This document shows positions 12,950 to 25,234 of a DNA stretch of 64,000 bases, piece by piece. The stretch spans positions 55,218,966 through 55,282,965 of the forward strand of contig JARDVH010000042.1 of NCBI GenBank assembly GCA_030324005.1, written 5' to 3'. The number at the start of each line of letters is the position of its first letter. Position 1 is the first letter of the stretch. This DNA is from Negaprion brevirostris (lineage: Eukaryota). A program made the position numbers and the translations under genes. The notes below the pieces were generated by a model that worked only from the letters and a program-made list of their open reading frames with translations, had not been told where the DNA came from and did not search any database.

Positions 12950-13770
12950 CTTAGCCGTCATCCAGTACTGGATAAATAGAAATTTCCTCCCATTAAATAC
13001 TGGAAAGAATGAAGCCATTGTTTTCGATCACTGCTGCGCTCTCTCTCCAGCAGCAGTCTGAGTTTCAATCACCCTGCTTGTAAAATTGATGTCATGTTTG
13101 ACCTGAGAGGAGTCTCTGACACCATACTTCCACCATCATTAGGATCACCTATTTCCACCAGTTCAATATTACCCCATCTTTCCCCTGCCTCAGTTAATCT
13201 GCTGCTGGAAATCTCATCATGTCTTTGTTACTTTTCAATTTGACTATTCCAACACACTCGGGCTGGTTTCCCACATTTTACCCTTGGTATCTTGAAGTTA
13301 TCCAAAACTCTGTTGCCTATGTCATAGCTCTGCAATTATCATCCTGCTCCTTGCTGACCTACAAAGGATCCCAGTTAACCAATGTCTCAATTTTAAAATT
13401 CTCATTCTTGATTTTAAATTCCTCCATAGTTTCCCTCCTCCCCAACTCTGTAATCTCCTCCAGACCCACTACACTCTGAGGTACCTGTCCATCTATAATT
13501 CCGACCCCTTGAATATCCCGGAATTTAATCCTTGGCTGTGCTTTCCGTTGCCTGGGCCCTGGACTTCCCTCCCTACACCTCTCCATTTCTCTACCAGACT
13601 CTCCTTCTTTAGGACACTCCTTAAAACCTATCCCTTTGACCAAACATTTGATCAGATGAGCTATTTTTTCTTTATGCAACTTAGCATTATATTTTGTTTT
13701 ATATTACTCCTGTGAAGCATCTTGAGACATTTTATTATTTTAAAGGTGCTGCATAAATATAAGTTGTTAT
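12950..13770 (+). mobile_element. Decayed L2 LINE 3' portion
   Basis: L2-type C-terminal remnants (LEVIQNSVA) and 3' end aaaggtgctgcataaatataagttgtt; reverse-complementary to the 5250-6300 region. Confidence 0.65.
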
Positions 13771-15479
13771 TCTTACCGAACTCACATCAATCAAGACTTC
13801 TACTCAAAGTGAATACATTTAGCTTCATTAATTAACTAAAAAGTCTTTTTATGTATGTTTGCATTCATCAATGTGAGGTGTATTAATGCTGGGGAATTGC
13901 CAACCAAGCATCTACCATTGATGTCAAGTATTCCCAATTCAGTTACAGTATAGTTGAACCCAGAGCAAAATTCCCACTGATCCGTATCTACAGCGTGCCT
14001 CACCCACACTGGACTAGTTTAATATTTTCTGTTTCGCATCTGTTTCCAACAGTAGTTAAAAGAGCAGTTTCACTGCCCTCTGAGTTAGACTGCCAATTTA
14101 GTGCCAGATCAGATCATAGAAACCCTGCAGTACAAAAGGAGGCCACTTGACCCATCGAATCTGCACTGTACTGTAAATTGGGGCAGTTTTGTACTGTTGG
14201 TCCATGCTTTGTAAAAAGTGGACTGAAACTGACAAATTCAATTCATGTAGAACCAATATAGTGAGCACAGATATTCATCCGATTAGTCTGAGGCAGGTTC
14301 AAACTGAGGTGGTGAAAAACAAGCGTCTACCTCACCGTTCTGCCCAGCTTCTTAAGCATCTTTCTGGTAAGCTGCTTCTGACTTGGTAAAGCAAGCTTAA
14401 AGGAAGGGATCTATTAGTAGAAGCAATGGAGAAATCTCATTCTGTACAGAAGGGCAAAGGTCCCAGAAAGGTCCTCTGAGGAACAATGCATTCTGAACAG
14501 TCCTCGCAATGATGATTTTACTGGTCTATATGTCTTCACAAAATAATTGCTAGTTCCAGAATGGAAGGGGTGTTACTTTTCTCTCTCTATAATTGTTGTC
14601 CTATAATCAGAGTTGAATCAAGAATAGTCCCAAATTTGAATGCACTGATGAAAGGCTCTAAATTTACATCACCATTTCAAGACAGTAAAAGCACACACTT
14701 GCTTGCAGTTATGTGGCAACTGGGAATCTAAAAAAGTTGCATGGAGAACAGCAGCAATAATTTGATTTCTATCCCCTACCAACTTTCACTCTTTTTGAGT
14801 AAAGCATTTTTGTGGGTCAGATCACTAATTTGGACTGGGAACAAGCTGGTCCACCACCATTCAATAAGATCAAATTCAGTTTGAATCAATGGATCAGAGC
14901 TGAATCTAATCTCCTGTGTAATGATGATATGTGCCAGTAATAAATGATTCAGTGCCATGGTCTCCCACAAGACTAAACTCCAGATTAAAGCACAAAGCTG
15001 AACATAATCTAAGCACTGTTCCAAAAATCTCTGTTCAAAACATTTAAGCCCAGAATTTCCTGTCAAAATAAGGATGAAGCTAATGGCTCTTATCATTATT
15101 TGTGCCCAAATCGCACAGCAATATCAGGCGTGGGTAGATGCAAGGTTGAATTTGAAAACCCAGACGATGCAGTCAGAAACATCAGCTAGCTTCACAATAA
15201 CATATCTGTCTCTTTGAATCGCCATTCAAATGCATTAAACAGCAGGGAGTTTCTGTTTCATGGGGCATATGAAATAAATTTGCCAAAAGAAAGTTCAGTT
15301 CAGCCTAAACATAATATTAATAATTTTGCGCTAACTGTTAATCACTGAGAAACAGTCTCTCTGGAAAGAACATTAGCTTCTACAGCGTGGAATCCCATTC
15401 TTTTTAGTTTTTATTAATTTCTTTTAGAAAATGACAAGCTAATTCTTTATTGCTTCCTGCCTCTGTTTTCACTTTTTCT

Positions 15480-17150
15480 TTTGATTTGATTTACTATTGT
15501 CACATGTATTAGGTTCACCTAGATATGAAAAGTGTTGTTTCTTGCGCACTATACAGGCAACGCATACTGTTCATAGAGAAGAAAAGGAGAGATTGTAGAA
15601 TGTAGTGTTACAGTCATAGCCAGGACATAGAGAAAGATCAACTTAATGTGAGTTAGGTCCATTCAAAAATCTGGCAGAAACAGGAAGAAGCTGTTCTTGA
15701 TTCAAGTTGATATGTGTCCTCAGACTATCGTTATCTTTTTCCCGATGGAAGGATGTGGGAAAGAGAATGTGCAGGATGCATAGGATCCTTGACTTGCTGG
15801 TTGCTTTTCCAAGTCAGTGGGAAGTGTAGACAGTGTCAATGGGTGGGAGGCTGGTTTGTGTGTTGGATGAGCTTCATTCACGACCCTTTGTAGTTTCCTG
15901 GACAGAGCAGGAGCCATATCAAGTTGTGATACAACTAGAAAGAATGTTCTTTATGGTGTATCTGTAAACACTGGGGAGAGTCACAGCTGACATGCCAAGT
16001 TTCCTTACTCTCCTGAGAAAGTAGAGGCATTGGTGGACTTTTTTACCTGCAGCATCAGCATGAAAGGACCAGGACAGTTTGTTGGTGATCTGGACACCTA
16101 AAAACTTGAATCTCTCGACCATTTCTACTTCATCCCCTTTGCTGCAGACAGGGGCATGTTCTCCACTACATGTTCTGAGGTCGATGACTACCTCCATCAT
16201 TTTGTTGACATTGAGGGAGAGATTATTGTCGTCGTGCTAGTTCACCAGAATCTCTATCTTATTCCTCGACTCTCCCACATCGTTGTTTGAGATCCAACCC
16301 ACTATGATGGCATCGTCAGCAAATGTGAAAATCAAATTAGAGGGGAATTTGGCCACACGGTCATAGGTGTATAAGTAGTATAAGTATGGGGCTGAGGACA
16401 CTGCCTGGTGGGGCACCGGTGTTGAGAATGATCATGGAGAAGATGTTGCTGCCTGTCCTTACTGATTGTTCTCTGTGGGTTAGGAAGTTCAGGATCCGGT
16501 CGCAGAGGGTGGAGCTGAGCCCCAGGCCACAGAGTTTGGAGGTGAGTTTCATAGGAATAATGGTGTTGAAGGCTGAGCTGTAGTTGTTAAGTAGGAGTCT
16601 GGCATAGGTGTGTTTGTTTTCCAGGTGTTCCAGGTTGAATGCAGGGCCAGGGAGATGACACCTGCTGTGGATCTGTTGCGGTGGTAGACGAACTGTAGTG
16701 GATCCAGGCAATTGAGAGGCCAGAATTAATTCATGCTATGACTAATCTTTCGNNNNNNNNNNNNNNNNNNNNNNNNNNNNNNNNNNNNNNNNNNNNNNNN
16801 NNNNNNNNNNNNNNNNNNNNNNNNNNNNNNNNNNNNNNNNNNNNNNNNNNNNAGTGGATCCAGGCAATTGAGAGGCCAGAATTAATTCATGCTATGACTA
16901 ATCTTTCGAAGCACTTCATAATGATGGATGTCAGAGCTACCAGATGACAGTCATTAAGGCAGGTTGCCTGGCTTTTCTTTGGTACTGGGATGATGGTCAT
17001 CTTCTTAAAGCAGATAGGGACCTCAGATTGTTGTAAAGTGAGGTTGAAGATGTCTGCAAATATCCCCGCCTGCTGGTCTGTGCAGGGTCGGAGTGCTCGT
17101 CCAAGTACCCCATCCGGGCCAGTCACTTTCCATGGGTTGACCTTCTCTCA
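15480..17150 (-). mobile_element. Rex1/Babar LINE, 5'-truncated and frameshifted RT
   Basis: Encodes TGPDGVLGRALRPCTDQQAGIFADIFN, IIPVPKK..LNDCHLVALTSIIMKCFERLV, YSSAFNTIIP, TGAPPGSVLSP, FADD, EVVIDLR, FKFLGVQITNKLSWS; 3' end tgtgacaatagtaaatcaaatcaa. Confidence 0.85.
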
Positions 17151-19106
17151 ACCTAATCTTTAATTTCCTCTCATTGTTTTCTTTCCTGCATCTGATTTGG
17201 TCACTGAATTCTTGCACATCGGTTGCATATTTCATTTCATAATCCTTCAACTTGACTGGTAAAGGAGACACATGGTTGCTTGCCCTGTCCACTCAGGTCC
17301 CAGGTGCCCAATGGAGGGCATTGCACCGGTTCCAGTTCCCACTTCCAATAACTTGCAGCATAAAATATCAGCACCATTAAAAGGCAAAAGCAAGTCCAAA
17401 TAACAGTGGGAATCATTCATTCACCGGCTGCAGTAAATTCTGCCCCTGTCAGGGCAAAGAACAACCCTAATAACAACAGTAGATTAGGAATTCTCAGAAC
17501 ATGCCATGAAAGTGGATTTATAAATGATTCGAGCTCCGGATAAAAACTGACAACAGAAACATGTTCTTCAGGACAGAAAACAAATGAGCTCAAATTTTAA
17601 TTATGGGAAGGAGGATAAAATTATTGCCGGACAAAATGCTTCCTTATGGATAGTAATTGAATCTTCCATTTGGATTTTCCAAAACTCAGAATTTAGAGCC
17701 CATGATTATAATTCATAGAATACATGACAAGTAGAAGCATTTTGAGCTGCTGTAACAATAATGTGATATATGTTTGTCTCCTGTCAGTGTCTTCCCAACC
17801 CTACCCTGTGGAATGATGAAATGATTCTTATTCCCAGATAGTGTAAAAGGGATTTCTCACCAGAACAGGAATGTCTATCTGCAGGATCGCAAATGTTGGA
17901 AACAGGACTCACACAAGCACGGCACTGAGCGAAGTGGGAAGAGAAGAATTGATGGAAATGGAGAAGAAAGGAAAAAGCATAGATGTTAAAGAGGGGAGAG
18001 GAAAAGTGAAACGGATGGCAATGAATGAGAGGCTGATGTAGTGGCTAGATGCCAGTGCAGAGGGATGGGAGGATGGATAGCAATGAAAGAGGACAGGAGA
18101 TGGGATACTAGCTGGGAGTGGTATTTGAAGGGAGGGAGAAGGGTGGCACTATGGCTAAGAGGAACGTTGGGGTTGGAAACAGCCAGCTGAAATCAGCATG
18201 CCAGCCTGAATAGAGGACAAGAAGTGTGCCCATTTCACATGGGTGGATGGTGAGTGCTCAATGTGAAAGAACTTTCTGAGCTTCAACTTTTTTGGAGAGG
18301 GGCATCAGCTGGAATAGTGGATGCTGTAAAGATGGAAATTTAAACTGAAGAGAACGTGAGAGGTGTTCGTATATGAACTAGGTGGGTTGGAGGAAAAGGG
18401 GCTATTTCTGTAAATCAATAGAGGCTGGATGAGATGCATTGTCTCTGTGAAATGGGTTTGAAAGGGGTAAAATATTTTTGGGAACTGGGTAAGAGGTTTG
18501 AATGTGGGATAGTATCTGTTGATGTAACCTGTGGGGGGGTGATTGGGTAGTTTATTTTAAAGCCAATGTCACTTTGTTTCTTATAAACATCAAAAATCCA
18601 TTAATTGTAAATTATAAATGTGCACTCTTTAGAAATTAAAATGGTTAAAATTTACTGTCAAGTAAAAGGGCATATTTTATGTTCCCCACCCCAGCAGGTT
18701 GGAAGTGGGTAAGGTATTTAGTTGGATGGGATGGTGGTGGATGGGGACCTTGCTACTTTGGTGTCTCCACTCCAATTAAATCCACGGCAGGAAAGCCCAT
18801 CATTTAAATTAAAAACGATTTGCCTTCTCCTGTCAAACCCGGGCTTCTCTTGAGGTGAGGTTTTTTGAGGTTCTTGTCAGTATGTTTGGAGCTGCTCATC
18901 AGTTTCTGTTAGTTTTCTCAATGATGTTTATGTAGCCAATTATTTGGAAAAATCATACCTTGCCAGGAGACATTTTTATCTTCACCAGTAGATTGTAGAA
19001 CAAATTCAATTTACATTCCATTGCAATAAATGGAATGAATACAACAGGCGGGTGATTCTCACTAGATTACAGCTTAGACAGTGCAGATGAAACTTGCCCC
19101 ACCTAT

Positions 19107-19280
19107 TCATAGAATCCCTATAGTGCAGAAAGAGGTCATCCAGCCTACCGAGTCTGCACTGACCTCAATCCCACCGAGGCCCTATTTTTGTAACGTTGTT
19201 AATCCCCTGACTTTAGGGTCAATTCAGCATAATAAATCCACCTAACCTGTACATTTTTGGACTGTGGGAGAAAACTGGAG
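19107..19280 (-). mobile_element. HE1-type SINE 3' half
   Basis: catagaatccctatagtgcagaa..gagtctgcactgac..cctaacctgtacatttttggactgtgggag. Confidence 0.75.
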
Positions 19281-19589
19281 TCCTTAGTCTGAGTAAATTG
19301 TAGCAAGTTTACATTCACAGTTCATGTGGCTGCACAAGACTTGCCTATGGGGGACCAGCGCTGATGTGTTTCTTGATGCAACACAATTATCTGTTGGCAG
19401 TCCCAGATAATAATCACAGAATTAGATAGGTTTCCAGAAAACTGATTTGCCATTGCATCTGGAGCCAAAGAGTAAATTATTCATGGAATAATCACAGGGT
19501 TTTCCTGATCGGGTATGAGAGGAGCGGGGTGAAGATTTATCTAGACATTCGCTGAACCAACTTTTTTTCCCTTTTCCAGGCTGAGGAGG

Positions 19590-20020
19590 TATGGGTGTTG
19601 GGATGGGAATGGGTGGGTGTTGGGATGGGAATGAGTGGGTGTTGGGGTGGGAATGGAGTGGGTGTTGGGGTGGGAATGGGTGGGTGTTGGGATGGGAATG
19701 GGTGGGTGCTGGGATGGGAGTGGGTGGGTGCTGGGATGGGAATGGGTTGGTGTTGGGATGGGAATGTATGGGTGTTGAAATGGGAATGAATGGGAGTTGG
19801 GATGGGGATGGCTGGGTGTTGGGATGGGAATGAGAGGGTGCTGGGATGGGAATGGATGGGTGTGGGGATGGGAATGAGTGGATGTTGGGATATGAATGGG
19901 TGGGTGTTGGGACGGGAATGAGTGGATGTTGGGATGAGAATGGGTGGGTGTTGGGATGGGGATGGATGAGGGGGTCAGAGATGGTGGGTGTGTAGAGTTG
20001 TTGGTGCATGGGAATGGAAT
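19590..20020. repeat. G-rich minisatellite, unit about 22 bp (GGGTGTTGGGATGGGAATGGGT)
   Basis: Directly visible tandem array with degenerate units. Confidence 0.9.
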
Positions 20021-20856
20021 AAGCCAATTGATCAATGCATCAGTGCAGCCACAGTAATCAATCTAGATGTGTAAAATGTGAACATTTTATATAAAGTACA
20101 GTTCATAAATTACAGTGTGGATCATTTACTTTTCAAAATATTATAAATAAGTCCTTCGGGAGGTTCATGATGAACATCCCGCCAATGTCGTCCATCACTT
20201 TGTGCCACGAACTCCTCTCCATAAAAGTGGATGAATCCTCGGCAGTTTCTGATTTTTGGCAACTGTGCAGACCACAGTCGAGGTTCAGCATGAGAAGGAG
20301 AGAGGATAGGAGTGATTTAAAGGGCTCATACAGTAATCTTTACAATCATGGGGTTGTTTTGCTTTCAATTTAAGCTTTGTGAATGGCCAAAGTGTAGAAT
20401 TTCTGAAGCAAAAGTCTTGAACACTCAGCCCTGTGTAGACTGAAGGAGAAACAGGTTACCTTGCTGTTAGATGCTTTCATATACTCTGTGTAAGTCACAG
20501 TCTGTGCTAATATTTTGTTTCCTAGCACCATATGGAGTGATGAATAAAGTACATGTTTGTGCAATAGTACAGGCTGTGCCATTTTGCAGATATTTATAAC
20601 TGGGTAGCTTTATGGGGAAAGAAAAACAACCTTTCATGAAAGGTGAAATAAAATATTTTTTATATTGATCCTAATTATGTTACCTTTCCAGCAACACCCT
20701 ATTTATCCTTGAAGCTTTTGNNNNNNNNNNTTTTTTATATCCACTTGTAAACTGTAAGTGATCTGCAAACCAATAGAATATTATTTTAGACCCTGCCACT
20801 GTCTTCTTTATGGATGTTAAGCCAAGCAAGAAACAATTTACTTCAAACACACTCAC

Positions 20857-20978
20857 CATTTGTAAATGCCAGATCTTTGAGGAGCTCTTCCTCTCTGGAA
20901 ACATCCAGAGTAAAATCTGTGAAGTCGGGTTCTGCAGCTGGTTGGAAAGTTTTCAGAGATTCAGTAGCCATTCGGATC
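20857..20978 (-). CDS. TRIM36: TRIM36-like exon: COS box, 122 bp, phase 2-1 (not in ORF track)
   Basis: Acceptor gtttcag|G ATC CGA ATG, donor ACA AAT G|gtgagt. Manual translation (R)IRMATESLKTFQPAAEPDFTDFTLDVSREEELLKDLAFTN; phases match both neighbours. Confidence 0.94.
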
Positions 20979-21499
20979 CTGAAACGCAAATGTTATGCGA
21001 ATAATCAAGTCTTTTCTTCACTTGGACAAAGGGCGCAAACCAAAACAAATTAAAACTAATACTTCTCAATTCAAAGGTGATTCCAAACAATGCAACAGAG
21101 AAACATTATTTTCATTTCAAGTGGTGTCCTCGGGATTGGCCAGTAGTTTTTGTTTCATTGGAGACAACAGGCCCAGTGTTGTTATATTTACAATGTATGC
21201 TTCTTTCATAGCACAGACAGTACCTGGGATTCATGTTAGCACCTAACCTAGAAAAACTACATTTTATTTCAAATTTCACCAGTAACAAAGTAACCATGAC
21301 AGTCCAGCCCAATTTCAAATGTTAACTACACAAAATAATAAATGGCACAGTATTTATTTATTTCTTTCTGTCATGATGGACCAGCATGCTGCTACTGCAG
21401 CTATTTTTAAGAGTTACGAAAGGATATGGATGCATTAAAAGGGAATCGAAAAGGTTGTAGATCCAACAGACTTCAGAGAGATGCGGAATCCATGGATGC

Positions 21500-21846
21500 A
21501 GAATCATAGAATCATAGCAAACCTACAATGCCAAAGGAGGCCACTCAGCCCATCAAGTCTGCACCAACAACAATCCCAGCCAGGCCCCATCCCCGTCACC
21601 TCACACATTCAACCCACCAATCCCTCTAACCTACACATCCTGGCACGCTAACGGGAAATTTAGCATGGCCAATTAACCCAACCCACACACCTTTGGAGTA
21701 TGGGAGGAAATGGGAGCATCCGGAAGAAACCCACACAGACATGGGGAGAATATGCAAACTCCACACAGACGGTGACCCAAGCCAGGAGTTGAACCCAGGT
21801 CCCTGGAACTGTGAGGCAGCAGTGCCAACTACTGTGTCACGATGCC
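21500..21846 (-). mobile_element. HE1-type V-SINE, near full length, CR1-type (ATTCTATG)n tail
   Basis: Tail agaatcatagaatcatag at 21500; head gaacccaggtccctgg..gtgaggcagcagtgccaactactgtg at 21790-21846. Confidence 0.85.
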
Positions 21847-21932
21847 GATCTTCTCCTGATATTCTTCCCTTCTGGTGATATCAGTCTCATTATAGCAAGT
21901 GATAACGTGAAGGAAACTATTTCTTCAGTGTT

Positions 21933-22285
21933 ATAGAATCATAGAATCATAGAACCCTACAGTGCAGAAAGAGGCCCTTCGGCCCATCGAGTCTGCACCG
22001 AACACANNNNNNNNNNNNNNNNNNNNNNNNNNNNNNNNNNNNNNNNNNNNNNNNNNNNNNNNNNNNNNNNNNNNNNNNNNNNNNNNNNNNNNNNNNNNNN
22101 NNNNNNCTACAGTGCAGAAAGAGGCCCTTCGGCCCATCGAGTCTGCACCGAACACAATCCCACCCAGGCCCTACTCCCATATCTCTACATATTATACACT
22201 AATCCCTCTAACCTACGCATCCCTGAACACGAAGGGGCATTTTCTTAGCATGGCCAATCAACCTAACCCGCACATCTTTGGACTT
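21933..22285 (-). mobile_element. HE1-type SINE, 5'-truncated, spanning an N gap
   Basis: atagaatcatagaatcatagaaccctacagtgcagaaagaggcccttcggcccatcgagtctgcaccg..cacatctttggact. Confidence 0.8.
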
Positions 22286-23214
22286 TAAAGTTCCAGTGAT
22301 GCAGAATCATAGAATCATATGTTCAAGTGTTCTGTAAAGTGTGGGAATTGAAAAGTGGTGATGATGGAGCATGGAAATCCTGTGGACTCTTACTGTCATA
22401 GGTTTAATAAGTAAAGCGGCCATTCATTTCTCTTGTGAGATTTTCCTATAGTGGCAAAAATAAAGAAGGCAAAAGTTTACTCTCCAGGGGAACAACTGTA
22501 CTGGCTGAGACAACTGAAAAGAAATGAGAATAGAGTATAGACAATAAGGAGATGGAGGAGGATTCTCACTATATTTAGTGGGAAAGGCAAGATATTTTTC
22601 ATTGGTTTGGATGTAAAAATGATGGCGGCCAAAGAGAAGTTGGAGTTTGGCTAGTGGAGAATGGTCCCTGTACTTACTAAGCCCAGACAGCAGTATTTGG
22701 TGCCTTGTCCCACAATATGGGTGTTTTCATTGTACATTTGATGTTTCGGTAGCATTAAAATATCAACCATCACCTAGTGTTGCAAGTTGATGTATTTATT
22801 CTCCAACTTTTATAACATACATAGAAGTATATAGAAGTTGAAGCATGGAGACAGGCCATTTGGCCAAGCAGTCTGTGCTTACCTCCATGTGAGCATAACC
22901 TTGACATGGGACATCCTGCAGAAACTCTTGCACACATGGCCATGCCGAATTATACAAACATGCACCCCATCTACTTTCAAAAGAATAATGACCAACATGA
23001 CTTCCACCCACTAAAGTGTGTTTTTTACATGCTGACGATTAACAGTTNNNNNNNNNNNNNNNNNNNNNNNNNNNNNNNNNNNNNNNNNNNNNNNNNNNNN
23101 NNNNNNNNNNNNNNNNNNNNNNNNNNNNNNNNNNNNNNNNNNNNNNNTTAACAGTTCTCTATCCACAATGAGACCAATCCACATTAGAGGGTCTGGGATT
23201 ACAGAAAAATAGAT

Positions 23215-23455
23215 AGAAGCAAATTACTGCAGATGCTGGAATCTGAAACCAAAAGAGAAATTGCTGGAAGATCTCAGCAGGTCTGGCAACATCTGTAAGG
23301 GAAGAGAAGATCAGACGTTTCAAGTCCAGATGACCCTTTGTCAAAGCTCTTGGACCTGGGCGATGACAAAGGGCCATCTGGACTCAATACGTCAAGCTCT
23401 TTCCTCTCCTTACAGATGCTGTCAGACTTGCTGAGATTTTCCAGCATTTTCTCCC
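23215..23455. mobile_element. Inverted pair of Penelope-like terminal repeats (fold-back element)
   Basis: About 23255-23345 is the reverse complement of about 23363-23455 (gaccctttgtca / tgacaaagggcc; ctcagcaggtctggcaacatctgtaagg / ccttacagatgctgtcagacttgctgag). Confidence 0.75.
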
Positions 23456-24980
23456 TGATTGTAAAGCTGTGATTAACCTATCAGGAGCTAGTGATGAAGC
23501 AGGAAATAGGTTAACATGTGAGAATAGGTAGGGAGGTAAATCAAACAGTATTTTGGGAAAGTTGGAATAGGACACACACATGGCATTAGGTCTACTACTC
23601 ATATAAACACAGAAATGGTTGAGTAAAGGAGACTACTATGTGTTTTGTTTCTATGCAATTTTATGAAAGGTGCATGGAATCCTTACATTCATGCATTGAC
23701 ACATGAAGCAGATAGGAAATTAGTTTAATGTCTCATCTAAAGGATTGCACTTCCAACAAGCAGCACTCCTTCAGCACTGTACAAGAGTGTTACCTGATCA
23801 CTTTAGTGTATCCATGGGCTTTGTATCTGAGAGCACAAGAATATCGTGGCTTATCAAACAAAAGAACTTGGATTCAGCATGATTCAGATTTAGTGCTGAG
23901 TTTTCTGCCACCAACTCACCTGAAATTAGCGAAAATAGCAGCAGTAAAAGGGGATGCAATTGGGCAGTGTTACTTACCCTGTGTCAACAACTTAACCTCA
24001 AATTCCCTCCCTTCGTTAGCTACTTTTCATCACCCATTGGATGAAATGGCAGTTGAGGAGCAGAGCCTTGTTTCCAGGCCCATTTTCCTTCCATCTTTCT
24101 TTGCCCCTGTCACTCGTCAAGTTCAGTGGGCCTATCATGGCGCTCAGTTTAGAATGACAGTGGGAACTATGGCTTATGTTTCAGGTTCTTTTTATTCATT
24201 TAAGGGATATAGGTGTTGCTGGCTAGGCTACCATTTATTGCTCATCCCTAAGTGCTCTTGAGAAGAGATTGAAGAAGAGGGCTTACTGGACGCATTCTGG
24301 TCCCTTCACAGGCTCACCTGGTCACCAGAATTATCTGCGGAGCCACTGTCTGGTAACTAATGAGATTTTGACAGGGAGCCAATTTGAAATAGCTAATAAA
24401 TTTGACTTACAAAACAGGAGAAAGGACATGGTAGTGGCGCAACAATGGTTAGCAGCCATATTTCAATCTTTCCAAGATAGGGCCAGGAAATATAGCTGTT
24501 TAAAAAATGGCATTGTCACTATATTAGGAGTTTCCTGGCAGACTCAATCCCCAGGAAAACGTTCTCCTTCCCTTCTGTTCACTCATCCACATCACTCACC
24601 TCCTCAAAACAAATGGAAGCCTTGATATGCAGATGAAGGTGTTAAATTTATTGCAGGAGGTATTTTAAACTGCTTTGTTTCACATGGATTTTTAAAGGAA
24701 AATTAGGCAAAAGTTGGTACAACAGGAACAAGCCATTGGAAATGGGACCAGTCTGACACAGCTCCTCAAAGCATATTCTCCATGCGAGAAAAACATGTTC
24801 TGGCAGATGCCAGAGTTATCCTACATGTTCTCAAAATCTGTTATGATCAAATATTGTGACTTTAATCAAATATTGTGACCTTACTAAAATTAAAGTTTAA
24901 TGTGTATTTTATAGAGAATATAAGAGATCCTATCAGTGCTATTATACGTACAGCAGAGGTGCAATTTCTTTTGGACCCAC

Positions 24981-25234
24981 CTAGTGTGCAGTTGCTTTGC
25001 TGTCTGCACAAAGCAGGATTGGTCTGTTTCCTTCAGTACTTCTTGAGCATATCCAACGAGCCCACTATTTTCCAGCATTCCCTGATATTCATCCATTTGG
25101 TATCGCAGTTTCTCCAATCTGGAGGAACAACTGTCCTCAATTGACTTGATGAGTTTCATTTTGCGCTCTTCCAGGATGCCACACAGCCTGTCAATCGAAT
25201 CAGCTGCCTCTCTTTTTGCCCTTTCTCCATTACT
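24981..25234 (-). CDS. TRIM36: TRIM36-like exon: second coiled-coil exon, 254 bp, phase 0-2
   Basis: Acceptor ttcttgcag|AGT AAT GGA, donor ACT AG|gtgggt. Encodes SNGERAKREAADSIDRLCGILEERK...GLVGYAQEVLKETDQSCFVQTAKQLHT(R). Confidence 0.96.

Noticed and set aside
16697-16910. Identical sequence on both sides of 100-N gaps (also 21957/22107, 43469/43598, 23037/23148)
   Set aside because: Typical unmerged contig overlap at scaffold gaps; most likely assembly artefacts rather than tandem duplications.
15919-17126. Rex1 RT ORFs as a functional or domesticated gene
   Set aside because: Broken into several frames by stops and frameshifts, 5'-truncated, with substitutions in conserved motifs.
19422-20035. 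His/Pro-rich and Gly/Trp-rich ORFs of up to 201 aa
   Set aside because: They are translations of the G-rich minisatellite, open in several frames on both strands, with no splice or homology support.
23728-24625. ORFs of 177 and 118 aa on the plus strand
   Set aside because: No recognisable domain; they overlap decayed SINE fragments and are consistent with chance ORFs.
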